A program made the position numbers and the translations under genes. Under the pieces are notes generated by a model, which saw only the letters and a list, made by a program, of their open reading frames with translations, ran no database searches and was not told the DNA's origin. Positions 41,978 through 51,442 of a DNA stretch of 64,000 bases are shown piece by piece. Each line of letters opens with the position of its first letter. Position 1 is the first letter of the stretch. The DNA comes from an uncultured Planctomycetota bacterium (GTDB lineage Bacteria > Planctomycetota > PLA2 > JAEUHO01). Where the stretch lies: positions 1,376,001 to 1,440,000 of the forward strand of contig CAVVXN010000005.1 in NCBI GenBank assembly GCA_963752285.1, in the 5' to 3' direction.

Positions 41978-42136
41978 GGGGCGGCTCTCGGCCGACCCCT
42001 CCGGCCCCCGACCGGCGCACGGGGCCGGGAGCGACGGTGGGCGAGGGCCGCGGACCCGGTGGTCGGGTATCGTGGCGGCGGGGCGGGAGTCGCACTCGGT
42101 TGGGCCCGGGGCCTCGCCCCGCGAGGACGAGCGGAT

Positions 42137-43330
42137 TTGGACCTGTTCGCGAAGATCGCCCGGTGGCACCGGGCCGACGACTTCATGGAAGCGGGGATCT
42201 ACCCCTACTTCCGCGCCATCGAGGAGACCACCGGGGGAACCCGGGTCGTCCTGGACGGGCGGGACGTCGTCATGGCGGGGTCCAACAACTACCTCGGCCT
42301 GACCCACGACCCGCGGGTCATGGAGGCCTCCCGGCGCGCGGTCTCGCGGTTCGGGACCGGCTGCACGGGCTCGCGGTTCCTGAACGGCACGCTCTGCCTC
42401 CACGAGGAGCTCGAGGAGCGCCTCGCCGACTTCCTGGGGAAGGAAGCCTGCATCACGTCGGGCACGGGCTACCAGACGAACGTCGGGGCGATCGCGGCGC
42501 TGAGCGGGCGCGAGGACCTCATCTTCGGCGACCGCGACAACCACGCCTCCATCATCGACGGCTGTCGCCTCTCGTTCGCCAAGCTCCTGAAGTACCGCCA
42601 CAACGACGTCGAAGACCTGGAGCGTCTCCTCGCGGAGACGAGCGTGACCGGCGAGGGCGCACGCCTCATCGTCACGGACGGCGTGTTCTCGATGCTCGGC
42701 GACCTCGCCCCCCTGCCCGACCTCGCGCGCCTCGCGCGCGAGAACGACGCGCGCCTCCTGGTGGACGACGCCCACGCGATCGGCGTCCTCGGCGCCCACG
42801 GGCGCGGCACGGGAGAGCACTTCGGCGTCGAGAAGGACGTGGACCTGGTCGTCGGCACGTTCTCCAAGTCGTTCGCGTGCCTCGGCGGGTTCGTGGCCGG
42901 GCCGAAGCAGATCGTCCACTACATCAAGCACTGCAGTCGCTCCGTCATCTTCTCCGCGAGCATGACGCCCGCGAGCGTCGCGACGGTCCTGGCGTGCCTC
43001 GACATCATCGAGCGCGAGCCCGAGCGCCGGCAGCGCCTCTGGGACAACGTCCAGTACATGAAGCACGGGTTCGAGGAGCTGGGGCTGGACGTGATCGACG
43101 GCGGGAGCCCCATCCTCTCCGTCGTGATCGGCGAGGAGGTGGCGACGCTCGAGTTCAACCGGCTCCTCTACCAGCACGGGGTGTTCGTGAACCCCGTGCT
43201 CCCGCCGGCCGTGCCCGACGGGATGAGCCTGCTCCGCACCTCCTACATGGCGACGCACACGAGCGAGGACCTCGACCGGATCCTCGAGGCCTTCAAGGCC
43301 GTGGGCGATCAGCTCCGCATCGCTCGGTAG
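42137..43330 (+). CDS. spt: Alpha-oxoamine synthase, serine palmitoyltransferase-like
   Basis: IYPYFR, GSNNYLGL, GTGCTGSRFLNGT, NHASIIDG, DDAH, PLP Lys in GTFSKS; TTG start with GAGGA RBS. Confidence 0.8.
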   Translation: MDLFAKIARWHRADDFMEAGIYPYFRAIEETTGGTRVVLDGRDVVMAGSNNYLGLTHDPRVMEASRRAVSRFGTGCTGSRFLNGTLCLHEELEERLADFLGKEACITSGTGYQTNVGAIAALSGREDLIFGDRDNHASIIDGCRLSFAKLLKYRHNDVEDLERLLAETSVTGEGARLIVTDGVFSMLGDLAPLPDLARLARENDARLLVDDAHAIGVLGAHGRGTGEHFGVEKDVDLVVGTFSKSFACLGGFVAGPKQIVHYIKHCSRSVIFSASMTPASVATVLACLDIIEREPERRQRLWDNVQYMKHGFEELGLDVIDGGSPILSVVIGEEVATLEFNRLLYQHGVFVNPVLPPAVPDGMSLLRTSYMATHTSEDLDRILEAFKAVGDQLRIAR

Positions 43331-43343
43331 GCGGTCGGTCCCC

Positions 43344-44471
43344 GTGCCCGATCCCGTCCGCGTCCTCCCCGAGTCCGGCCCGAAGGACCGCGCGCGGTTC
43401 ATCGACTTCCCGTACCGGCTGTACCGCGGCCACCCCGTCTGGGTCCCGCCGCTCCGCGTCGGGGAGCGAGACCTGATGGACCGGAGGAAGAACCCCTTCT
43501 TCCGGCACGCGACCGTCGAGCACTTCCTGGCCTGGCGCGGCGACCGCGTGGTCGGACGCGTGGCGGCCATCGAGAACCGTCTGCACAACGAGACCCACCA
43601 CGACCGGCTCGGCTTCTTCGGGTTCTTCGACGTCGAGCCCGACGCGGAGGCGGCGCGCGGCCTCCTCGACGCCGCCCGTGCCTGGCTCGCGCCGCGCGGC
43701 CTAGATCGCGTGTGCGGACCCGTCAATTACAGCACGAACGACTCGTGCGGGGTCCTGGTGGACGGCTTCGAGCACCGGCCGGCGATCCTGATGCCGTACA
43801 ACCGCCCGGACTACGACGAGCTGGTCGTCGGCGCCGGATTCGAGGGCGTGAAGGACCTGCTCGCCTTCCTCATCACCCACGAGGGGGAGGTCCCGGAGCG
43901 CTTCCGGAACGTGGTGAACCGTCGGGTCGCGAAGTCGAACCTCACCCTCAGGGACATCGACACGAAGCACCTCGACGACGAGATCGACGGGCTTCTGGAC
44001 GTCTACAACCGGTGCTGGTCGGACAACTGGGGATTCGTGCCCGCGACGGCCGACGAATTCCGTCACGCGGCCAAGCAGATGGTCCCCGTGCTCGAGCAGG
44101 ACATGTCGTGCGTGGCCGAGCTCGACGGCAAGCCGGTCGGCGTGAGCCTGATCCTCCGCGACCTGAACCGCCTCCTCCCCGGCACGAACGGGCGGCTGTG
44201 GCGCGCGCTGCCGCGCCTCCTCTTCGGGCTCTCGAAGCTCAAGCACATGCGGATCATCGCGCTGGGGGTCGTGCCCGAGTGCCGCGGCCGCGGCATCGTC
44301 GAGGCGATGTTCCTCCGCTCCACGGACGTCGGCATCCGGAAGGGGTACCTGACGGGCGAGGCGTCCTGGATCCTCGAGGACAACCGCCTGATGCAGGCCC
44401 CCATCGTGGCCGTGGGCGGACGGGCTTGGAAGCGCTACCGGATGTACGAGGCCCCGACGGCCCCGGCCTGA
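43344..44471 (+). CDS. Double-GNAT protein resembling bacterial ceramide synthase (bCerS/YghO-like)
   Basis: FIDFPYRLY..WVPPL, NPFF.H, VGRVAA, GFFGFF, MPYN, NWGF.P, SWILEDN; 13 bp after spt. Confidence 0.78.
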   Translation: MPDPVRVLPESGPKDRARFIDFPYRLYRGHPVWVPPLRVGERDLMDRRKNPFFRHATVEHFLAWRGDRVVGRVAAIENRLHNETHHDRLGFFGFFDVEPDAEAARGLLDAARAWLAPRGLDRVCGPVNYSTNDSCGVLVDGFEHRPAILMPYNRPDYDELVVGAGFEGVKDLLAFLITHEGEVPERFRNVVNRRVAKSNLTLRDIDTKHLDDEIDGLLDVYNRCWSDNWGFVPATADEFRHAAKQMVPVLEQDMSCVAELDGKPVGVSLILRDLNRLLPGTNGRLWRALPRLLFGLSKLKHMRIIALGVVPECRGRGIVEAMFLRSTDVGIRKGYLTGEASWILEDNRLMQAPIVAVGGRAWKRYRMYEAPTAPA

Positions 44472-44494
44472 GCCCGGGGCGCGGTCCTCGCGGC

Positions 44495-45583
44495 TCAGCC
44501 TCCGGCGGGCGCCGGCTGGCCGAGGCGCGCGCGGAGCGAGCCCTCGTTCTCCTTGAACCAGTCGCGCCAGCGCTTCTGGAGCTTGTGCCGCTCCTGGCGG
44601 CTCATGCCCGCGAGGAACTCGAACTGCTGGCCCGTGATGGCCTGCAGCGCGTCGTTCGCCGCGGTGCGTACCAGTTGGTCGTCGTCGTCGAGCGCATCGA
44701 TCAGCGGTTCCACGGCGTCCACGGCCTTCAGGTCGCCGAGCGCGGTCGCCGCGCCGAGGCGCACGTAGTAGTCCTTGTCGTTCTTGAGCACGTCCACGAG
44801 CGGGGCCACCGCGCGGAGGTCCTTCAGCCGGCCGAGCTCGAGCGTCGCGCTGAATCGGATGTTCTCGTTCGCGTCCTTGAGCCGCTTGATCCACTTCTCC
44901 ACGTCCCCGTCCGTGGCCGCGCCGCCGGGGGGCGGCGTCGGCGTGGCCCTCGGGGGCGTGGGCCCGGGCGTCGGCTCGGGGGTGGGCTCGGGCGTCGGCT
45001 CGGGCGTCGGCGTGGGCGGAGGCGCAGCCGTCTTCTGGTGCTCCAGCCGGTCCGCCTGGTCCTTGATCTCGCGAAGCAGGCGGTTCAGCCCGTTGACCTC
45101 CTTTTCGAGGTCGCCGATCCGGACGCCGTGCTGCGAGAGGTGGTCGGCGGCCAGCCGGTCGCTCTCCTCGAGGCGGGACTGGAGCCCGGCGAGTCGCTGG
45201 TCCACGTCCTTCTTCACGCCGGCCAGCGCCGCGTCCGCCGCCTGGTCGGCGTGGGCCCGAAGCTCGGTCGCGACCGTCGCCGTCCGCGCCGTGGCGCGCG
45301 CCTCGCCCGCCCCGACGGCGGTGTCGATGGCGTCCTTGACGGCGGCCGTCACGGCCGGCGGCTCGGACCGTCCGAGCTCGGTCACGAGGAGCCACGTGGC
45401 GACGCCGGCGGCGTAGAGGGCGAGCACGAAGGCCAGCCAGGTGCGAGGCCCACCGACGGAGAGGCTCCGGGCCAGGGCGCACGACCCGTGATAGTGCCGT
45501 CCGCCGACCGTCACGGCCTTCCCGGCGTCGAAGTCGCCGTCCGGGATGCTCTCCGAGCAGCGGTCACAGAATCGGATCTCCAT
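44495..45583 (-). CDS. Zn-finger, TM, coiled-coil and HEAT-repeat protein
   Basis: CDRC...HGSC; one TM; PT/PE linker; HEAT repeats (VRLGAATALG, LIDALDDDD.LVR.AA). Confidence 0.75.
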   Translation of the reverse strand: MEIRFCDRCSESIPDGDFDAGKAVTVGGRHYHGSCALARSLSVGGPRTWLAFVLALYAAGVATWLLVTELGRSEPPAVTAAVKDAIDTAVGAGEARATARTATVATELRAHADQAADAALAGVKKDVDQRLAGLQSRLEESDRLAADHLSQHGVRIGDLEKEVNGLNRLLREIKDQADRLEHQKTAAPPPTPTPEPTPEPTPEPTPGPTPPRATPTPPPGGAATDGDVEKWIKRLKDANENIRFSATLELGRLKDLRAVAPLVDVLKNDKDYYVRLGAATALGDLKAVDAVEPLIDALDDDDQLVRTAANDALQAITGQQFEFLAGMSRQERHKLQKRWRDWFKENEGSLRARLGQPAPAGG

Positions 45584-45684
45584 GGGCTCCCCGGGGTGTT
45601 CAGGTTTCGTGGCTCTCCCCTATGGGAACGCGCAGGCCCGGGGAAGGGGGAGAACGCCACCTCGTCCCCGGCGCGGGCCCCCCC

Positions 45685-46074
45685 TCAGCTCGGAGGCGGT
45701 CGGCGGTCGTTCGCGGCGTCGAGCTCCTCGGCGAGGCGGGTGACCTGCTCTTTCATGAGCCGGCCGACCTTGAACTTGACCACGTGTCGCGCCGGGACCC
45801 CGACCTTCTCGCGCGTGCGGGGGTTCAGGGCCTTCCGGGCCGCGCGCTCCTGGATCTCGAACACGCCGAACTCCCGGAACTCCAAGCGGTTGCCGCGGCC
45901 GAGCTCGAGGATGATCTCGTCCAGGAACGCCTGGATCACGTCCTTGACGACGACCTTCGTCTGCCCGGTCCGGTCCGCGATCCGCGTCACGAGCTCCTTC
46001 TTCGTGACGGTTCGCTTGGCGAGCGTCCTCACCGAGGACGGGTGCTCGCGTCTGGAGGGCGACGGACCGGGCAT
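45685..46074 (-). CDS. HU/IHF family DNA-binding protein
   Basis: TKKELV, FREFGVFE..ERAARKALNPRT...V.FK.G; GGAGG before ATG 46074 (alternative GTG 46032). Confidence 0.92.
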   Translation of the reverse strand: MPGPSPSRREHPSSVRTLAKRTVTKKELVTRIADRTGQTKVVVKDVIQAFLDEIILELGRGNRLEFREFGVFEIQERAARKALNPRTREKVGVPARHVVKFKVGRLMKEQVTRLAEELDAANDRRPPPS

Positions 46075-46147
46075 TCTCGCGACCTCCCCGGGCCTCCTGA
46101 CGGGGCCACGCCTCCCCGCCGATCCTCGTAGGTCCTTTGCAGCCAGA

Positions 46148-46176
46148 GTTTTAGGGCCGATCCGGCCCGCTGTCAA
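46148..46176 (-). promoter_or_regulatory. Near-consensus sigma70 promoter of the HU gene
   Basis: TTGACA-N17-TAAAAC; spacer holds the inverted repeat GGGCCG..CGGCCC. Confidence 0.7.
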
Positions 46177-46280
46177 AGGGGCGGTCCCCGGCCGGGGCCT
46201 GCCGCGGGGGGGCCAAGGCCACCCCCGCCGGGCGACCCCGGTGTAGGTTCTCGGGGCCCGCGCCCGCCCCCGGAGTCCCG

Positions 46281-46694
46281 ATGGCCCGCCGAGAGATCCC
46301 CCTCGCGCTCGAGATGCGCGACATCAAGTACGTCCGCCGGTCGGACGCCGAGAAGGACCGGGTCGCGGCGCGGCTCCGGGAAGCCGGACGCCGCAGCGAG
46401 GCGATCCTCCTCTTCGAGCACCGCGCGGACCACCCGTTCCTCGCCGAGGAGAAGACCTGGGCCGTCTCGGACGGCCGGACCTTCCACCTCCTCGGTCTGA
46501 GGCGCCTCGGCGTGCCCGTGGCGCCCGAGGAGCTGCGGGCCACCGCCAGAGCCGCCGAGGCCGCGGGCCGCTGGCTCGAGGCGCGCCTCGCCTACGTCCA
46601 GCTCTCGGACGAGGAGGCGGTCCGGCGGATCGCGGAGCACCTCCCCGAGAGCGTGCGCCCGGCGCCCGAGGTCGAGGAGGAGCCGGCCGAGTGA
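46281..46694 (+). CDS. Hypothetical helical protein (137 aa)
   Basis: GGAG RBS, coding-like codon usage, divergent from HU. Confidence 0.6.
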   Translation: MARREIPLALEMRDIKYVRRSDAEKDRVAARLREAGRRSEAILLFEHRADHPFLAEEKTWAVSDGRTFHLLGLRRLGVPVAPEELRATARAAEAAGRWLEARLAYVQLSDEEAVRRIAEHLPESVRPAPEVEEEPAE

Positions 46695-46721
46695 GCGCGG
46701 CCGCGCACGGCGCGGCGGCCC

Positions 46722-48971
46722 CTACCTCGGCGGCTGGGCGTCCTCGCCATTCCCCTCGTTCGGGTCGTCCTGCGCCGCGACCAGCCGCTGGAGCTTCTCC
46801 CGCTCCGCCTCGAAGCGTCTCAGCTCCCCCGCCGCGCGGTCGTCGAGCGGCGCGCCCGTCGGCGTGCGGAGGTGCTTCTCCGCGCGGTCGATGACGTCGA
46901 GGGCGTCGCGGTAGCTTCCGAACCACTCGCCGTAGAGCCACGCCAGGCGGTGGGCGCCCTCGAAGCGGGTCGGGTCCGCGTCGAGCGCCGACTCGTACTC
47001 GTCCCGCGCCTCGCGGTACCCGTCGGCCCCCCTCGACTCGGCGTCGTGCGCCCGCTTCATCGCGGCGTCGGCCACGCCGCGGGCCGCGCGTCGCGCGTCC
47101 TCGTAGACGGTGCGCACGTGGTCGCGTTCCTCGGGCGTCCGTGACGCGGCGAGCGCGCGGAGCAGGGTCGCCCGCGCGTCCGTGAAGCGGTGGGCCTTCA
47201 CGAGGAGCTGGCCCGCGCGCAGGAGCACGTCCGCGTCGTCGGGCGCGAGATCCACAGCCGCGGTGTGCAGCCAGCTCCCCGCCTCGTCCACCCGGCCCTG
47301 CGCCTCCACGGCGCGCGCGAGCCGCAGGTACGACTCCGTGAGGAAACGCCGGCGCGCTTGGGAGAGCGTCGCCAGGGCCTCGCGCGACCGTAGGCCCGGC
47401 TCGAGGGAGAGGCCGCGCTTCAGGCTCTCCTCCGCGTTCTGGAAGTCGGCCCGGAAGAGATCCACGGCACCGAGCCCGAGCCAGCCGTCCGGGAAGTCCG
47501 GTCGGAGCTCGGTGGCGGTCACGAAGTCGGGCCGGGCCGCCGCGCTCCGTCGGTTCGCCGAGGCCACGAGCGCGCGGCAGCGCGGGTCGTCGCTCGGGAG
47601 GCCGGCCGCCGCCTCGCGGTCCGCCTCGGCGTCCCGGATCTCGACCCAGGCGAGGCGCGCGGTGAAGCGGACGTCGTGGGGATATCGGTCCACCAGCGCA
47701 CGGGCGAACGAGAGGTCGTCCTTCCAAACGCGCCCCTCGGCGCGCGCGAGCGAGCCCAGCGCGACGACGAGGCCGCCGGCGCACGCGACGGCCGCCACGC
47801 GGACCGCGCGGCGGCCGAGTCCGACGCGCGCGGCGAGCGCCTCGACGAGGACGCCGCCCACGACGGCGAGCCCGGGCAGGGCCACGTACGCGAACCGCCC
47901 GACCACGACGGAGCCCGCCGGCGCGAGGAGGGACTGCGCGAGGAGCAGGAGCACGAACGCGACCGCGCCCGCCGCCGCCGGCGCCACGCGACGCGACCGC
48001 CACGCCGGGACGAGCCCGGCCAACGCGACGATCGTCACCACGGCCCCCAGCGCGAGGTCCCAGCCCCCGGTGAGCGCGCCGACCTCGGAGACGTCGCGCG
48101 TGACGGAGAGCGGCACGAAGAACGCGAACGCCGTCCGGCCCACGCCGATCACGCCGGCCGTGAGCGAGCCGGGGAACGCGGGCCAGCGCGCCGCGGAGAG
48201 GAGGAGGTAGACCGCGAGGCCGACCGCGAGGGCGGCGCCCCCCAGGAGGCGCCGCCGTCGGTCGGGGCGAAGCCCGCCGCCGGCGTCGAGGACGAGCAGC
48301 GCGAGCGGGAGGCCGACCGCCGACTCCTTCGCGGCGAGCGCCAGGAGGTAGCCGAGGCCCACGAGGGGGAGCAGGGCGGGCGCGTCCCGCGTGGCGCGGC
48401 GCCACACGAGCGCCGTGGCGAGACACAGGACCGAGGCGAGCAGGTCCGCACGCCCCGCGAAGGAGGTCACGGCCCCCGTCGCGAGCGGGTGCACCGCGAA
48501 GAGGAGCGCCGCGGCGCCGGCGAGCCACGACCGGCCCGGAAGCGCCCGCACGAGGACCTGGAAGAGCAGCAGCGCCGCGAGACCATGGAGGAAGAGGTTC
48601 GTCAGGTGGAACCCGAAGGAGCGCGCGAACGCGCCCTCCTTCCCCCAGACCGGCGCCTCGACGGCGAAGGTCGCGACGGCGAGCGGCCGCCACGCGTCCG
48701 GCTCGCTCGGGGTGGACCACGCGTGGGCTCCGAATCCCTGGACCGCGCCGGCGACGCCGCGCCGAACGACCGGGTCGTCCCGCACGAGAGCGCGCCCGTC
48801 CACGGACCACGCGCTCGTGAGCGCCCCGCCCTGCGCGATCCACGCCGCGGCCACGACGAGGAGGGGCAGCCACGGGGGCGCGTTCCGTCTCCCGGCCGCG
48901 AGGTCCGGCGCGCTCCCGCGCCGCGGGGCCGACGCGGCCGTCGCGTTCGTGTCGTGCGATTCCACGGTCAC
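46722..48971 (-). CDS. TMTC-like GT-C membrane protein with C-terminal TPRs
   Basis: WRPL, FHLTNLFLH, FAVHPL, GRADLL, AKES, W.DD.SF; many TM segments then TPRs. Confidence 0.75.
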   Translation of the reverse strand: MTVESHDTNATAASAPRRGSAPDLAAGRRNAPPWLPLLVVAAAWIAQGGALTSAWSVDGRALVRDDPVVRRGVAGAVQGFGAHAWSTPSEPDAWRPLAVATFAVEAPVWGKEGAFARSFGFHLTNLFLHGLAALLLFQVLVRALPGRSWLAGAAALLFAVHPLATGAVTSFAGRADLLASVLCLATALVWRRATRDAPALLPLVGLGYLLALAAKESAVGLPLALLVLDAGGGLRPDRRRRLLGGAALAVGLAVYLLLSAARWPAFPGSLTAGVIGVGRTAFAFFVPLSVTRDVSEVGALTGGWDLALGAVVTIVALAGLVPAWRSRRVAPAAAGAVAFVLLLLAQSLLAPAGSVVVGRFAYVALPGLAVVGGVLVEALAARVGLGRRAVRVAAVACAGGLVVALGSLARAEGRVWKDDLSFARALVDRYPHDVRFTARLAWVEIRDAEADREAAAGLPSDDPRCRALVASANRRSAAARPDFVTATELRPDFPDGWLGLGAVDLFRADFQNAEESLKRGLSLEPGLRSREALATLSQARRRFLTESYLRLARAVEAQGRVDEAGSWLHTAAVDLAPDDADVLLRAGQLLVKAHRFTDARATLLRALAASRTPEERDHVRTVYEDARRAARGVADAAMKRAHDAESRGADGYREARDEYESALDADPTRFEGAHRLAWLYGEWFGSYRDALDVIDRAEKHLRTPTGAPLDDRAAGELRRFEAEREKLQRLVAAQDDPNEGNGEDAQPPR

Positions 48972-49020
48972 GGGGTCGGGGGGGACGCGCCCGTCCTGGC
49001 GACGGGGGCGTCCCGACGTC

Positions 49021-51216
49021 CTACTTGTCCTGGGATTCCGACGAGCCGCTCATCTGCTCGTCGTTGAACGTCATGCCCTCGGGCCAGTCGTCGGGACCCG
49101 GCGGCGTGTACTCCCACTCTTTCGTGTCGTCGGACATCTTGAAGATGACGTCCTTCATGTACTTCGTCCACTCGCTCTCGATCTCGTCCCACTCGTCGTC
49201 GTCGCGGATCCGGAAGCAGCGCATGAAGGTCTGCTTCTTCTGCTCCGCGCTCGCCTGACGCTGGAGGACCGCGCCGAAGAAGTCGAGCCACCGATCCTTG
49301 TACTTGCCGTTCTCGAAGTGGTTCAGGAAGTACGTGAACGCCCAGACCTGCTGGTAGAAGAGGTCCATCGCCTGGCCGTACTCGACGCCCCAGGCCTCGT
49401 TCGCCCACTGCCCCATCTCGGCGTAGGACGAGAACGCCATCATGTGCTGCACGGGGAAGATCGGGTAGTCCTTGTTCTTCTTCGCGAAGGCGGCGCGCTC
49501 GCCCTTGATGCTGTGCAGTCGGGGCACGTTGACCTCGATGAACTTCAGGTGTCGCGCCTTGTCCATCTGCACCGAACCCAGGAACTCCGCGATGCCCTCC
49601 GAGAAGCCGTTCTGCGAGTTCGGCGGGAAGCCCCACTTGCTCTGCTGGCGGGTGAACCAGTACTCGAGCATGTGGGTGCCCTCGTGCACCGTCTTGTTGA
49701 TCTCGAAGCCGCGGTCCTCGGGGTTCGGCTCGTCGAAGAGGAAGATCCAGCCCCCGGTCGGGCCGTTCGAGGGGTCGAAGTAGCCGGCCACGCCGGGCGG
49801 CAGGCGGCCGCCCAGATGCTTCTCGTGGTAGTCCTGGAACGACTTCTCGTCGCTGAAGATCCAGATCGTCATCGGGACGCCGTCGGGGTAGGAGCGCACG
49901 CCGGGCGGGTAGTCCTGGCGGCCGCCGTACTCGTCGGTCAGGGGCTTCAGGCCGAAGCGGTCCGCGTAGCGCCGCATGAACTCCTGGTAGAGCTGCTGGA
50001 AGATCATCGCCTTCTCGTAGGCGACGCGGTCCCACTGGTGCCGCTTCTTGTTGAGCTCCTCCTTCTTCGCCTTCCGCTCGTTCTTGTCCTCGATCTTGCG
50101 AAGGTCCATCTCCGACATGATCTCCTCGGCGCTGGAGTAGCAGACGAGGTACGGGGGCTTCCAGCACGTCGTGTAGTTCAACAGCTTGAGCTGCGGGTTC
50201 TGCGCGATGTTGGAGCGGATCGAGTCGCCGAGGCGGAAGAGGTGGTCGGTCTCGAGGAGGTGGAGGTGCCGCTTCATCCGCGCGACCGCCTTCTTGGCGT
50301 TCGCGATGTCGTCCTCGTCGTCGAGCCAGCGCTTCGAGGCGAAGTCCGTCACGAGGTCGAGGTAGTCGTAGCCGCGCCGGTTCGCGATGTCGGGCGGGAT
50401 GGCGTCTTCGTTCTCCTGGAGCTTTCGGCCGAGGATGTCGGTCTGGAAGTCCGTGTACCCGAGGTACTTCCGCGCCTCCAGGTCGTCCGGGTCCACCTTG
50501 CGGATCAGCTCCTCGTACAGGTGCTTCGCCTCGTTCTTGCCCTCGTCGGTCCCGAGGTCCAGGAAGCGCTTCGCGAAGCCGTGGTAGTCGGAGGCCTTCT
50601 TGAGCTCCGAGCGGCGGAGGTCGTCCTGGACCGTGGCGAGGGTGTCCACGGAGGCCGTCACCGTCGCCCCGGCGTTCGAACCCGCGGCCGGCGCCACGCT
50701 GCCCGAGCCCCCCGCCGTCGCGCCGCCGCCGGACGCGTCGCTCTTGCCGCCGCCGATGACGAGGAAGAGGAGGACGCCGGCGACGAGGAGCCCGCCCGCC
50801 CCGTAGATGAGGGCCGGCGAGGGGCCGCCCTTCCGCTCCGCGCGGGCGGGGCGCTCCATGCGCGCCGCGCGCTGGCCGCGCTGGGGACGGCGTTCCGTCG
50901 CGCGGGCGTCGGCGCGCGGGTCCTGCCGGCGCTCGGGGGGTCGGTACTGGGGGCCCCGCGTCCCGACGGCCGCCCGCTCGGTCCGCGCCGAGGCGGCCGC
51001 CGGCTGGCGCAGGCCGCCCGAGGGGGCCGCCCGGCGGGAGCCCGGAGCCCGACCCGAGACCGCCGGCGCGACGGGCGCGGCCGGCGCGGGCGGCGTCGCC
51101 GCCTGCGCGTGCGCCGTGAGGACCGTTCCACAGGATCCACACGTGAACTTCTGGCCGGGCGCGAAGGTGGACACGTCGAACTGCGCGCCGCAGCTGGTGC
51201 AGGCTTGGAGCTTCAT
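49021..51216 (-). CDS. Zn-ribbon, TM and DUF1570-like gluzincin metallopeptidase
   Basis: CTSC...CGSC; one TM; HEGTH...EGIAEF, Y.Q.WAFTYFL. Confidence 0.75.
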   Translation of the reverse strand: MKLQACTSCGAQFDVSTFAPGQKFTCGSCGTVLTAHAQAATPPAPAAPVAPAVSGRAPGSRRAAPSGGLRQPAAASARTERAAVGTRGPQYRPPERRQDPRADARATERRPQRGQRAARMERPARAERKGGPSPALIYGAGGLLVAGVLLFLVIGGGKSDASGGGATAGGSGSVAPAAGSNAGATVTASVDTLATVQDDLRRSELKKASDYHGFAKRFLDLGTDEGKNEAKHLYEELIRKVDPDDLEARKYLGYTDFQTDILGRKLQENEDAIPPDIANRRGYDYLDLVTDFASKRWLDDEDDIANAKKAVARMKRHLHLLETDHLFRLGDSIRSNIAQNPQLKLLNYTTCWKPPYLVCYSSAEEIMSEMDLRKIEDKNERKAKKEELNKKRHQWDRVAYEKAMIFQQLYQEFMRRYADRFGLKPLTDEYGGRQDYPPGVRSYPDGVPMTIWIFSDEKSFQDYHEKHLGGRLPPGVAGYFDPSNGPTGGWIFLFDEPNPEDRGFEINKTVHEGTHMLEYWFTRQQSKWGFPPNSQNGFSEGIAEFLGSVQMDKARHLKFIEVNVPRLHSIKGERAAFAKKNKDYPIFPVQHMMAFSSYAEMGQWANEAWGVEYGQAMDLFYQQVWAFTYFLNHFENGKYKDRWLDFFGAVLQRQASAEQKKQTFMRCFRIRDDDEWDEIESEWTKYMKDVIFKMSDDTKEWEYTPPGPDDWPEGMTFNDEQMSGSSESQDK

Positions 51217-51442
51217 CTCGGCCCTTTCGGAGTCTTCGGGCGAAGCGCGGGAAGAGCCCGAGTTATAGCACGTTGGATACGCGTTCCGGGCCGGCGAGCG
51301 GGGTCCGAGACGCCCTACCGGGGCGCGCCATTGCGTGGGGAGCCTCGCCCGCGCGCCCCGCGGGCCGGCCGGGGAGGCCGTACGTCGCGGGCGTCGGGGA
51401 AGGGCGCGCGTCGGGCCCACGTCCGCCCCGCCGTCGAGGAGG

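Noticed and set aside
42137..43330. BioF or Kbl annotation
   Set aside because: No bio or tdh neighbours; the YPYFR and GTGCTGSRFLNGT pattern plus the adjacent bCerS-like gene favour Spt, though this is unproven
44930..45025. Pro-Thr/Pro-Glu repeat (also poly-Gly near 6520-6543 and Pro-Ala near 56870-56950)
   Set aside because: Ordinary in-frame protein linkers, not independent DNA elements
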